Part shown: piece by piece, positions 27,840 to 35,340 of the stretch
Numbering within the stretch: position 1 is the stretch's first letter
How the letters are laid out: every line of letters begins with the position of its first letter
NCBI GenBank assembly: GCA_004559785.1
Contig: SFXD01000001.1
Location: 1 to 55,831, forward strand
Reading direction: 5' to 3'
Length of the DNA: 55,831 nt
Origin: a bacterium
Lineage (GTDB): Bacteria > Bacteroidota > Bacteroidia > Bacteroidales > Bacteroidaceae
The notes under the pieces: model-generated
What the model was told of the DNA's origin: nothing
The model's input: only the letters and a program-made list of their open reading frames with translations
Databases searched by the model: none
Position numbers and translations under genes: made by a program

Positions 27840-28080
27840 GTCTTGCTCAGGCCATACCGGGTAGTGGCTTTTGGCTACTGCCGAAATGCAGAGGAAGGCA
27901 ATAGATAACGTGAGCCCGACGAATTAGAGCTAACTTGAAAGAAGCAAGATAATATGCCTCGGACAAGACATAATATATCTTCGTTCCCGATAAGGTTATT
28001 AACCTTGCCGGCATGTAGGCTATGATACATTTCCTGCGCAATCCATAGCATAAGAATTTGGGAGTAAGGTTTTTTTGTCG

Positions 28081-28088
28081 TAACTTTG
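28081..28088 (+). promoter_or_regulatory. -7 box TAACTTTG upstream of the YbaK-like gene
   Basis: taactttg at 28081. The leader to the ATG at 28188 would be ~90 nt. Confidence 0.4.
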
Positions 28089-28187
28089 CAAAAGGAAATG
28101 CTAAAAAGCGACTACGCTTCCGCAAGTCTGCCACAAGAAGTAGGCTTAGGCATGGAATGCAGGCATTATTCACGTAAGAAAAGAAAA

Positions 28188-28739
28188 ATGGAATTATCTG
28201 ACAAGGCAAGAAGCGTAGTGGACTTCTTCGAGAGCAACGGGCTACCATACCACCTCGTACAGCACCCTCCCCTCTTTACCATCGAGGAAGGACTCGCCTT
28301 CTGGAACTCGCTTGACGAACTTGAGGGTTGCACCCATTGCAAGAACCTGTTCCTGCGCAACCATAGCGGCAAGCGGCATTACTTAGTCACCATGGAGTGC
28401 CACAAGACACTGGACTTTGCCCGGTTGCAGGACATCATCCGTGAAGGAAAGCTGTCCTTTGCGTCGCCCGAGCGAATGGAGCGCTGCCTAGGCCTACAGC
28501 CAGGCAGCGTGTCCCCCTTGGGATTGATACACGACATGGACCTGACGGGAGCACCGCAAAGGGAACTGTTCCCGAACGGGCATCGCGTGAAGTTCTTCGT
28601 CGACAGGGACCTGTACGATGCTTCACAAATGACGTTCCATCCCTGCGACAACACAGCCAGCATGGCAATAACGCATGATACCTTCCTGCGATTCCTGCAA
28701 CTGTGGGGCGGCGAAGTAGAGTGGCGGTCTGACCTATAG
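28188..28739 (+). CDS. Prolyl-tRNA-synthetase-associated (YbaK/ProX-like) aminoacyl-tRNA deacylase domain protein
   Basis: MELSDKARSVVDFFESNGLPYHLVQHPPLFTIEEG...CKNLFLRN..GKRHYLV...LGLQPGSVSPLGL.. fits the family. The 183-aa form starts at 28188. The track ORF starts at a TTG inside the -7 box. Confidence 0.7.
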   Translation: MELSDKARSVVDFFESNGLPYHLVQHPPLFTIEEGLAFWNSLDELEGCTHCKNLFLRNHSGKRHYLVTMECHKTLDFARLQDIIREGKLSFASPERMERCLGLQPGSVSPLGLIHDMDLTGAPQRELFPNGHRVKFFVDRDLYDASQMTFHPCDNTASMAITHDTFLRFLQLWGGEVEWRSDL

Positions 28740-28780
28740 GATGGAGGCGATTCCAGGCATTGGATTTGAGACAAGGACAG

Positions 28781-28809
28781 AAAAAAGGGGAGGAAACCTT
28801 TCCCTCCCC
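28781..28809 (-). terminator. Intrinsic terminator for the rubrerythrin gene
   Basis: On the minus strand: GGGGAGG-gaaaggttt-CCTCCCC followed by TTTTTT (A6 at 28781-28786 on the plus strand). An additional 8-bp-stem palindrome tataggat-gctt-atcctata (28821-28840) abuts the stop. Confidence 0.6.
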
Positions 28810-28840
28810 AACCAGCAGGATATAGGATGCTTATCCTATA

Positions 28841-29404
28841 TTACTTCTTGAAATAGCGGTTGAACAAGCCCTGGAATCCTGCTCCGTGACGAGCCTCGTC
28901 CTTAGCCATCTCGTGTACGGAGTCGTGGATGGCATCCAGGTTCAATTGCTTTGCAACCTTGGCGATGTCCATCTTGCCCTTGCATGCGCCTTCCTCTGCC
29001 ATCATACGCTTCTCTACGTTGGTCTTGGTGTCCCATACTACTTCGCCCAGCATCTCTGCGAAGCGTGCTGCATGCTCGGCCTCCTCAAGGGCATAGCGCT
29101 TGAAGGCCTCTGCCACCTCGGGGTAGCCCTCGCGGTCGGCCTGACGGCTCATGGCGATGTACATGCCTACCTCAGTACACTCTCCCATGAAATGGTCTTT
29201 CAGGCCCTGGCGTACGAAATCGCCGTCTGGTCCCTCGGGTATTGCATTGGCTATACCCAACTCGTGCTCTGTGACGAACTGCAGGGCAGTGCCCTCTTCC
29301 ATCTTCTTGAACTTGCTGCCTGGCACCTTGCACTGTGGGCAGCGTTCTGGTGCGGTGTCACCCTCGTGAACATATCCGCAAACCGGACAAATCCATTTTG
29401 CCAT
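28841..29404 (-). CDS. rbr: Rubrerythrin-family protein with an N-terminal rubredoxin-like domain (reverse rubrerythrin)
   Basis: [27 protein letters not shown].. gives the two CxxC pairs. It is followed by ferritin-like diiron helices (..EEAEHAARF.., ..DEARHGAGF..). The ATG at 29404 was chosen. Confidence 0.85.
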   Translation of the reverse strand: MAKWICPVCGYVHEGDTAPERCPQCKVPGSKFKKMEEGTALQFVTEHELGIANAIPEGPDGDFVRQGLKDHFMGECTEVGMYIAMSRQADREGYPEVAEAFKRYALEEAEHAARFAEMLGEVVWDTKTNVEKRMMAEEGACKGKMDIAKVAKQLNLDAIHDSVHEMAKDEARHGAGFQGLFNRYFKK

Positions 29405-29453
29405 AATTACTCTTTCTTTAAGTTTATAAAATATCTGTTTCCAATCTCTAATG

Positions 29454-29461
29454 CAAATATA
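29454..29461 (-). promoter_or_regulatory. -7 box TATATTTG for rbr (a second candidate, TATCTTTG, lies at 29538-29545)
   Basis: caaatata on the plus strand, ~50 nt upstream of the ATG at 29404. Confidence 0.45.
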
Positions 29462-29656
29462 GTGCAAGGCGTGCGCAGCGCATCAAGCCCAGTTGTATGC
29501 TTTGCCAAACCTCTGCCTATATCCGCAACTTCTTATGCAAAGATACGGAGTTTTCTGCAAATGTCTATTCTGTATGGCAGAGATATTATACATAATTAAC
29601 ACAAAATCCCTCCTCAAAGGCGCAAACCGTTAGCATCTGCATCCTGCAAACGTATT

Positions 29657-30424
29657 CTACTGCCTTGAGCCCAGTATCTGCATGAGCAGTTGCGGGTCGT
29701 TGGTAGTTATCAAGTCGATGCCCTTCAGTGCGGCATGATGGCGCAGCCCCTGCTCGCCGTCGACGGTCCAGACGTTGACCTCCAGTCCCAGTCGTTTGGC
29801 ATCCTCCAGCCATTCGGGATGCTTCTCGAAGGCAGCCAGATGATAGTCGATTCCCGTCAGCCCCATCGCCTTGATTTCCTTTGGTTCGATTTCGCCCCCC
29901 AGGAATGCCACCATTGCCTTGGGATTCTTCTCATGTATGTACTTGCAGGCATGAATGCTGAAGGAGATGTAGTCCGTGCGATCCTCAAGCCCGAGTTCCC
30001 TTACCAGCTTCATGGCCATGTCTATCAGACGGCTTTCCCTCTCCGGCGTGCGGTGAGGCTTGATTTCCATTACCAGCCTGCAGTCCTTCCATCGTACGGT
30101 TTCCTGCAGATATTGCTGCAAGGTAGGCAGGTACTCCCCGTTGCCGAGGCGATGGTTCATTAGTTCGGCATACATGGTGTCCTCCACCTTGATGCCATCC
30201 ATGGTAGCGTCGTGGAATACGACAGGCACTCCGTCGGCCGTCATCCATACGTCGAACTCCGAGCCATAGCAGCCCAGCTCGGCAGCCTTTCGAAACGATG
30301 CAATGGAGTTCTGCGCACTGCCATCCGTACGCCAATGTCCACGATGAGCCACCACCCGTGGCTGTGCCAATGCAGCGAGTGAGCCGCAAACCAACAACAA
30401 TAGGTTGATACATGTCCTTTTCAT
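29657..30424 (-). CDS. Glycerophosphodiester phosphodiesterase family protein (secreted)
   Basis: It has a signal peptide. ..VVAHRGHW..NSIASFRKAAELGCYGSEFDVWMTADGVPVVFHD.. is the GDPD catalytic pattern. Confidence 0.8.
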   Translation of the reverse strand: MKRTCINLLLLVCGSLAALAQPRVVAHRGHWRTDGSAQNSIASFRKAAELGCYGSEFDVWMTADGVPVVFHDATMDGIKVEDTMYAELMNHRLGNGEYLPTLQQYLQETVRWKDCRLVMEIKPHRTPERESRLIDMAMKLVRELGLEDRTDYISFSIHACKYIHEKNPKAMVAFLGGEIEPKEIKAMGLTGIDYHLAAFEKHPEWLEDAKRLGLEVNVWTVDGEQGLRHHAALKGIDLITTNDPQLLMQILGSRQ

Positions 30425-30458
30425 AATACTTTTTCTTTTTTGTAAACCAATTATAGTG

Positions 30459-30466
30459 CAAAAGTA
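30459..30466 (-). promoter_or_regulatory. -7 box TACTTTTG for the GDPD gene
   Basis: caaaagta on the plus strand, ~35 nt upstream of the ATG at 30424. Confidence 0.45.
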
Positions 30467-30531
30467 GTAAAAATCATCGTTAAAGAGGAATCTTTACCGA
30501 ACAAAAATTCCTTTTTACAAAATATTATTCA

Positions 30532-30539
30532 TAAATTTG
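30532..30539 (+). promoter_or_regulatory. -7 box TAAATTTG for fucO
   Basis: taaatttg lies 58 nt before the ATG at 30597. Confidence 0.45.
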
Positions 30540-30548
30540 TGGTGACAA

Positions 30549-30564
30549 TGCCTCTATAGAGGCA
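30549..30564. promoter_or_regulatory. Perfect 16-bp palindrome TGCCTCTATAGAGGCA at or just after the predicted fucO transcription start
   Basis: Read directly. It lies between the -7 box (30532-30539) and the ATG (30597). Confidence 0.5.
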
Positions 30565-30596
30565 AAATTGTTTAACATAAACTCTAATCAACAACT

Positions 30597-31751
30597 ATGG
30601 CACAAAGATTTATTCTCAACGAGGTATCTTATTTCGGAGCTGGTGCGCGCAAGGAACTGCCTGCCGTACTGGAACGCATGGGACTGCACAAGGCCCTGGT
30701 ATGTAGCGACAAGGGACTGATAAAAGTGGGGACTACCAAGATGGTGACCGACGTCCTGGACGAGGCATCGTTCCCATACGAGATATACAGCGAGATCAAG
30801 CCCAACCCCACCGTGACCAACGTGCAGCAGGGCGTAGAGGCATTCAAGGCAAGCGGGGCCGACTGCCTGATAGCCATCGGCGGAGGTTCCAGCATGGATA
30901 CGTCCAAAGGCATCGGCATAGTAGCCAACAACCCGGAGTTTGCCGACGTGGTCAGCCTTGAGGGTTGCGCACCTACCAAGCACAAGAGCGTCCCCATCAT
31001 AGCGATGCCCACAACCGCAGGTACCGGAGCGGAGGTTACCATCAACTATGTAATCATCGACGAGGAGCGCAAGGCAAAGATGGTCTGCGTAGACCCCAAC
31101 GACATACCTGCCGTTGCCATCGTCGACCCCGAACTGATGTACTCGCTGCCCAAGAGCCTCACGGCTGCTACGGGCATGGACGCACTGACACATGCCATAG
31201 AGGGCTACATCACCAAGGGCGCATGGGTGATGAGCGACATGTACGAGCTGCAGGCAATAAAGATGATAGCAGAAAACCTGCCACTGGCAGTGGAGGAGCC
31301 AACCAACCCTGTCGGACGCGAGGGCATGGCACTGGCACAGTACATAGCCGCCCAAGCCTTCTCCAACGTAGGGCTCGGACTGGTACACGGCATGGCACAC
31401 CCCATGGGCTCGCTGCACGACATACCCCACGGAGTGGCTAATGCCTTGCTCCTGCCCACGATAATGGAGTTCAACATGCCTACACGCGTCGAAAAGTACG
31501 GAGTAATAGCCCGGCACATGGGAGTGGACACGACGGGCATGACGCCAGAGCAGGCCGCACAGGCTGCCGTGGACGCGGTACGCACACTGAGCGTCAGGGT
31601 AGGCATACCCCAGAGGCTGTCCGACCTGGGCATTACCGAGCAGGACATTCCTGCATTGGCAAAGCAGGCCATTGCCGACGTCTGCACTCCGGGCAACCCA
31701 CGGGACGTGACCATAGAAGACATCACGGAACTGTACAAGAAGGTACTATAA
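30597..31751 (+). CDS. fucO: Lactaldehyde reductase / iron-containing alcohol dehydrogenase
   Basis: 384 aa. It matches the family end to end: ..IAIGGGSSMDTSKG.., ..PTTAGTGAEVT.., ..GMDALTHAIEGY.., ..HGMAHPMG... Confidence 0.85.
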   Translation: MAQRFILNEVSYFGAGARKELPAVLERMGLHKALVCSDKGLIKVGTTKMVTDVLDEASFPYEIYSEIKPNPTVTNVQQGVEAFKASGADCLIAIGGGSSMDTSKGIGIVANNPEFADVVSLEGCAPTKHKSVPIIAMPTTAGTGAEVTINYVIIDEERKAKMVCVDPNDIPAVAIVDPELMYSLPKSLTAATGMDALTHAIEGYITKGAWVMSDMYELQAIKMIAENLPLAVEEPTNPVGREGMALAQYIAAQAFSNVGLGLVHGMAHPMGSLHDIPHGVANALLLPTIMEFNMPTRVEKYGVIARHMGVDTTGMTPEQAAQAAVDAVRTLSVRVGIPQRLSDLGITEQDIPALAKQAIADVCTPGNPRDVTIEDITELYKKVL

Positions 31752-31830
31752 TATATAATGTATAGGTGCAGGGGCAAAAGCGTCTGGATGATGTGCGGCC
31801 CCGTTGCACCATGCATGTGTCAGAACTTTT

Positions 31831-31977
31831 ATGCTTATGCCCCTGTAGGGCGTTATCCTGTCCTGCCCTGGCATCCACGCTCGACGCTGCTGGCTGTCCG
31901 CCCGATTCCCTTCCAGGGCGAAGTTCCTCCCAGCCTCCGTAAACGAGGGGGACTGCACCCGGCAGGGGCATAAGCAT
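31831..31977. repeat. 147-bp unit bounded by perfect 15-bp inverted repeats; contains a degenerate REP-like core
   Basis: ATGCTTATGCCCCTG (31831-31845) and CAGGGGCATAAGCAT (31963-31977). An internal stretch cctccgtaaacgagggggactgcaccc (~31935-31957) resembles tccccctaaacagggggactgaggggg. Confidence 0.6.
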
Positions 31978-32009
31978 CCTTATCCACACCACCCAATACC
32001 AGACACCCA

Positions 32010-32909
32010 ATGAAGGCAAGCCTCGTTTTCAAGCAATATATCTGGATGATAGAGACCATACGCAGATGCGGGCCTCTGACCCTGGAACAGTTCAACCGCC
32101 TATGGGAAAGGTGCAGCCTAAGCCAAGGCAGGGAGATGCCCCGGAGCACCTTCAACTACAACCGTGAGGCGATAGAGGAGATGTTCGGCATCACGATAGC
32201 CTGCAACAAGAGAGACCACGTCTACTACATACGCAACATGGGAGACCTGCGCGGAGCCAGCTTGCAGCGATGGATGATGGAGACCCTGTCCATAGGCAAC
32301 ATGCTTTCCGAGAGCCAAGCCCTGCACGAGAGAATCCTGCTTGACGGCATCCCCGTGGGAGGGCACATACTCGACGAGATTCTCAGGGCCATGAGGCAGG
32401 GCGTGCGCATCTCGATGGAGTACCAGAAGTTCCGGGACACTTCGCCCAAGGAAGTCGTCGGGTCGCCGCTGTGCCTGAAGGCATCCGGGCGCAGATGGTA
32501 CGTGGTGCTCGACACCCCCGACCACGACGAGCCTGCCGTCTACTCGCTGGACCGCATACGCAGCATAGGGCTTACCGACGAGCGTTTCACCATGCCTCCC
32601 GACTTTGACGGGGAGGCTTTCTTCCACGACAGCTACGGGGTGTTTGCCGGCAGCGACTTCGCCGTCCAGCACGTAGTGCTCAAGGCGTATGGGGTACAGA
32701 GCCATTACATCCGCACCCTGCCCTTGCACCACAGCCAGCAAGAGACCTCGTCTGGCAAGGAATGGACAATCTTCGAGTACGACATCCGCCCAACCATCGA
32801 CTTCATACAGGTGCTCTTGTCTTACGGGTCGGCAATAGAAATACTGAGCCCCCAGTCCCTGCGCCAGCGCATGAAGGAGGAGGTAGCGAGGATGGCGCAA
32901 CTGTACTGA
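32010..32909 (+). CDS. WYL-domain transcriptional regulator (HTH, WYL and C-terminal extension)
   Basis: 299 aa. ..YIWMIETIRRCGPLTLEQFNRLWE.. is the N-terminal wHTH-like part. ..RISMEYQKF...PLCLKASGRRWYVVL..AVYSLDRIRSI.. is the WYL core. Confidence 0.75.
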   Translation: MKASLVFKQYIWMIETIRRCGPLTLEQFNRLWERCSLSQGREMPRSTFNYNREAIEEMFGITIACNKRDHVYYIRNMGDLRGASLQRWMMETLSIGNMLSESQALHERILLDGIPVGGHILDEILRAMRQGVRISMEYQKFRDTSPKEVVGSPLCLKASGRRWYVVLDTPDHDEPAVYSLDRIRSIGLTDERFTMPPDFDGEAFFHDSYGVFAGSDFAVQHVVLKAYGVQSHYIRTLPLHHSQQETSSGKEWTIFEYDIRPTIDFIQVLLSYGSAIEILSPQSLRQRMKEEVARMAQLY

Positions 32910-32938
32910 CTACGCCTGAAGAGCATATACATGCCCGC

Positions 32939-33090
32939 CTACTGGGCAGGCATGCGCAACTGACGGCGCAGCAGCACCTTGGGAGAGCAGCCAAAGCATC
33001 GGCGGCAATACTTTCCGAAGAGAGAGAGATACTGGGAAAGTCGAGGGTTACGGCAATCTCCTTGAGAGACTTGTCCGTGTCTTTCAGCAT
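32939..33090 (-). pseudogene. Remnant of an AraC-family HTH (C-terminal ~50 codons only), frameshifted in an (AG)5/(CT)5 run
   Basis: Minus strand gives MLKDTDKSLKEIAVTLDFPSIS. After a 1-nt frame change at the dinucleotide run 33019-33028 it continues ..LFGKYCRRCFGCSPKVLLRRQLRMPAQ*. That matches the typical AraC ending (GF.s.syF.r.Fk...G.SP). No N-terminal domain lies upstream. Confidence 0.5.
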
Positions 33091-33159
33091 CTATGGCATC
33101 TGCCTGTCGAGGCACATCTCTCGCAGGAGGGTACGGGACTTATTCACTGTAAAGCCATG

Positions 33160-33208
33160 AAAAAAACTTACACGTCGTGACAGGCTGCAAATACCTGTCG
33201 CGACGTGT
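33160..33208 (-). terminator. Intrinsic terminator downstream of the sialidase gene
   Basis: A 15-bp stem pairs 33170-33184 with 33194-33208 (one mismatch) around a 9-nt loop. On the minus strand it is followed by T7 (A7 at 33160-33166). Confidence 0.65.
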
Positions 33209-33210
33209 AG

Positions 33211-33293
33211 ATATTTTCCTCGGGAGGAAGATATTCTTTCCTCGGGAGGGAAGTATTTTTTCCTCGGGAGGGAAAAAACTGCGCCTCGTGAGG
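33211..33293. repeat. About 3.5 tandem copies of a 20-23-bp unit containing TCCTCGGGAGG
   Basis: atattttcctcgggaggaag / atattctttcctcgggagggaag / tattttttcctcgggagggaa / (aaaactgcg)cctcgtgagg. They lie between the sialidase stop and its terminator. Confidence 0.75.
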
Positions 33294-33349
33294 CATGTAT
33301 AAACCCCGTAGTACGGGGGCTATCCTCTTGGTAAGCAATCTTTACAAAC

Positions 33350-35032
33350 CTACCGGCACTCCTGCCGCTGCACGGCCTTGCTGCCCCAGGCCCTGTAGGG
33401 ATGCTTCCTGCCGAACCTGTACTTCCCGTCGCTCGCCCAGCCAAGGCTGAGGCGGACGAATCTCATGGTGTAGCAGCCGAACACCCCGTTCTCCTCGTAA
33501 TATACCCCAAGCGTGCCGTCAGGCAATACGGTGGCGGCACTGTATGCAGCCCCCCTCGGGCATATCGTCTTGGGAGACCCGAAGGTTTCGCCCTCGTCCA
33601 GGCTCAGCGCTATCGACAGGTTCTGCCTGCCAGGGTCGTCGGGCAGGGTCTGCAGCACTATGTCCCAGGGGTTGCCGTCGAGCGTGGAGCACCAATAGAG
33701 GTACTCGCCGTCGCAGGCGTTGCCACTGATGCCCGACGTGAAGCGTGTCTGCGGAGGATATTTCCACGTTACGCCATCGTCGGGGGTGACGTTGTGGTAG
33801 TTGTAGCCTGGGGCACGGACGCTGATGGCAAGGTCGCCGTTGTTCCTCTCTATTACCTTCGGCTCGTCGGCGGCAGTCGTGCCGCTCCTGCCGCTCACAC
33901 GCCAGGTGCGCCCTCCGTCGTCGCTCACGAAGTTGTAGTAGTTCTGGGTGATGCCCTCCTTGGTGCCGTCGGCAGACTCCCTGTTCACGAAGGGGGAGAC
34001 GAGGGTGCCGTCTCGCTTCTGCAACCCTGCCCCTGAGGCAGAGAAGCCTGCCCACCAATGGGGGTTGGGACTGCCCTTGCCGTAGAGGGTGGCAGTATGG
34101 TCTACGGGCTTCTCCCATGTCCTGCCCCCGTCGTGGCTGGTGATGGTCTTCCATGCCTGTGGTGCGTCGGGCGTGGACGAGAAGAACCCCGTGCCGTGCC
34201 TGGAACTGGTCATGATGCCGACGATGTCGCCGTTGAGGCGGTTGGTTATGAGCGACGCGTCGCCGTGTCCGTATTCGCCTCCCGTCTCTGCCGTACCCGC
34301 CACGGTTATGGGTTCGCTCCACGTCTTGCCCATGTCCTCGGAATACTGTGCCACCACATAGCATCGGTAGGGAAGGTCGACATTGTGATCCCTGCGGTCG
34401 TCCGTCAGCACCACGATGCGCCTGCCGTCGGCACTGGTCGTAATGGCAGGGATGCGATAGTAGAGCGTGCCCTTGTCCATGGGCATCAGCACGCTGCTCT
34501 CGGCAAGGAAGATGGTTGCCTCGTATGCGGGGTCTCCGTCAGGCTCGGCATGTACCTTCCCGTCCAGGGTGTATGAGTCGATGGTGAGGTCTACGGTGTT
34601 GCCCTCCTTGGCATCCTTGGCTATGTCTACCGCTATCCACAGGTAATGCCTGCCGGCCGGAAGGGGCTTGCTGCCCTTGACGGAATACCTGCCGTCCTTC
34701 CCTATCCTGCCCTCGGCATATAGCACGGCGTTGGTTTCCCTCCAGGGCATCTTGCCTGCCCTGTCCACGTACAGTTCACGCTCGTTGGTTGCGAAATACG
34801 CCCTCACCGCCTTAATGTCCCCCGGGGATGTCGCCTTGACGGTTCCGCACACCTCCTGGAAGATGGCCTCCCCTGCCCCACCGACGTCGATGGTGCTCCT
34901 CAGCAGGGGAACATCCTTGTTGCCTATTCCCGTGGTGACCTTGCCCTGCTCCGTCCTTGTACCCTTGACGTCGGCAGCCACGACGGAGGCGGCAGCCAGG
35001 AAGCATAGAATAGTTGTCGTTAGTTTGCCCAT
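33350..35032 (-). CDS. nanH: Exo-alpha-sialidase (GH33) with an N-terminal carbohydrate-binding-like domain
   Basis: It has a signal peptide and the RIP motif ..LYYRIPAITT... Asp-boxes are SEDMGKTW, SHDGGRTW, SDDGGRTW, TPDDGVTW and SLDEGETF. Confidence 0.85.
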   Translation of the reverse strand: MGKLTTTILCFLAAASVVAADVKGTRTEQGKVTTGIGNKDVPLLRSTIDVGGAGEAIFQEVCGTVKATSPGDIKAVRAYFATNERELYVDRAGKMPWRETNAVLYAEGRIGKDGRYSVKGSKPLPAGRHYLWIAVDIAKDAKEGNTVDLTIDSYTLDGKVHAEPDGDPAYEATIFLAESSVLMPMDKGTLYYRIPAITTSADGRRIVVLTDDRRDHNVDLPYRCYVVAQYSEDMGKTWSEPITVAGTAETGGEYGHGDASLITNRLNGDIVGIMTSSRHGTGFFSSTPDAPQAWKTITSHDGGRTWEKPVDHTATLYGKGSPNPHWWAGFSASGAGLQKRDGTLVSPFVNRESADGTKEGITQNYYNFVSDDGGRTWRVSGRSGTTAADEPKVIERNNGDLAISVRAPGYNYHNVTPDDGVTWKYPPQTRFTSGISGNACDGEYLYWCSTLDGNPWDIVLQTLPDDPGRQNLSIALSLDEGETFGSPKTICPRGAAYSAATVLPDGTLGVYYEENGVFGCYTMRFVRLSLGWASDGKYRFGRKHPYRAWGSKAVQRQECR

Positions 35033-35340
35033 GTTGCTTGAAGTTTGCGTTTAGGGGTCTACCTTTAACACCCCATTAATTTCCCTGACAATTGCGGCTG
35101 GGACAATTTGGAGATATTCTCCCAAAACGAAAAGATGCCATGCCTGCCGGGACAGCCAGCTGGCACAGCAGAGAGAACATATCGATTTCCTTCATTAGGA
35201 TGTCTGTTACATTATATAAATATATTATGGTAGTCATTACAGCCTTCCCATGCACCTTGCCGACACGTGGCATGTACATGGGAAGACGATGAGGGTCAGT
35301 CGTGGGCTACCATGCCTGCCAAGCAGAGGCAGGATGCGGG

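Noticed and set aside
27847-28248. 133-aa minus-strand ORF in the gap after the ABC permease.
   Set aside because: It overlaps the promoter and 5' end of the YbaK-like gene on the opposite strand. It is Cys/Phe/Leu/Arg-rich and matches no family. It is probably spurious.
29883-29889. A tRNA T-arm-like string, GGTTCGA.
   Set aside because: It lies inside the GDPD coding sequence. No acceptor or anticodon stems can be drawn around it. I saw no tRNA or rRNA genes in the window.
31752-33350. A defence system associated with the WYL regulator.
   Set aside because: No nuclease, helicase, ATPase, methyltransferase or toxin-like ORF flanks the WYL gene. The neighbours are fucO, an AraC fragment and a sialidase. 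Only the context oddity is reported.
33091-33444. 117-aa minus-strand ORF spanning the sialidase 3' end, the tandem repeats and the terminator.
   Set aside because: It overlaps the sialidase C-terminus out of frame and runs through the tandem repeats and a terminator hairpin. Only its last residues (..FTVNKSRTLL..) faintly resemble AraC helix sequence, which fits decayed remnant DNA rather than a gene.
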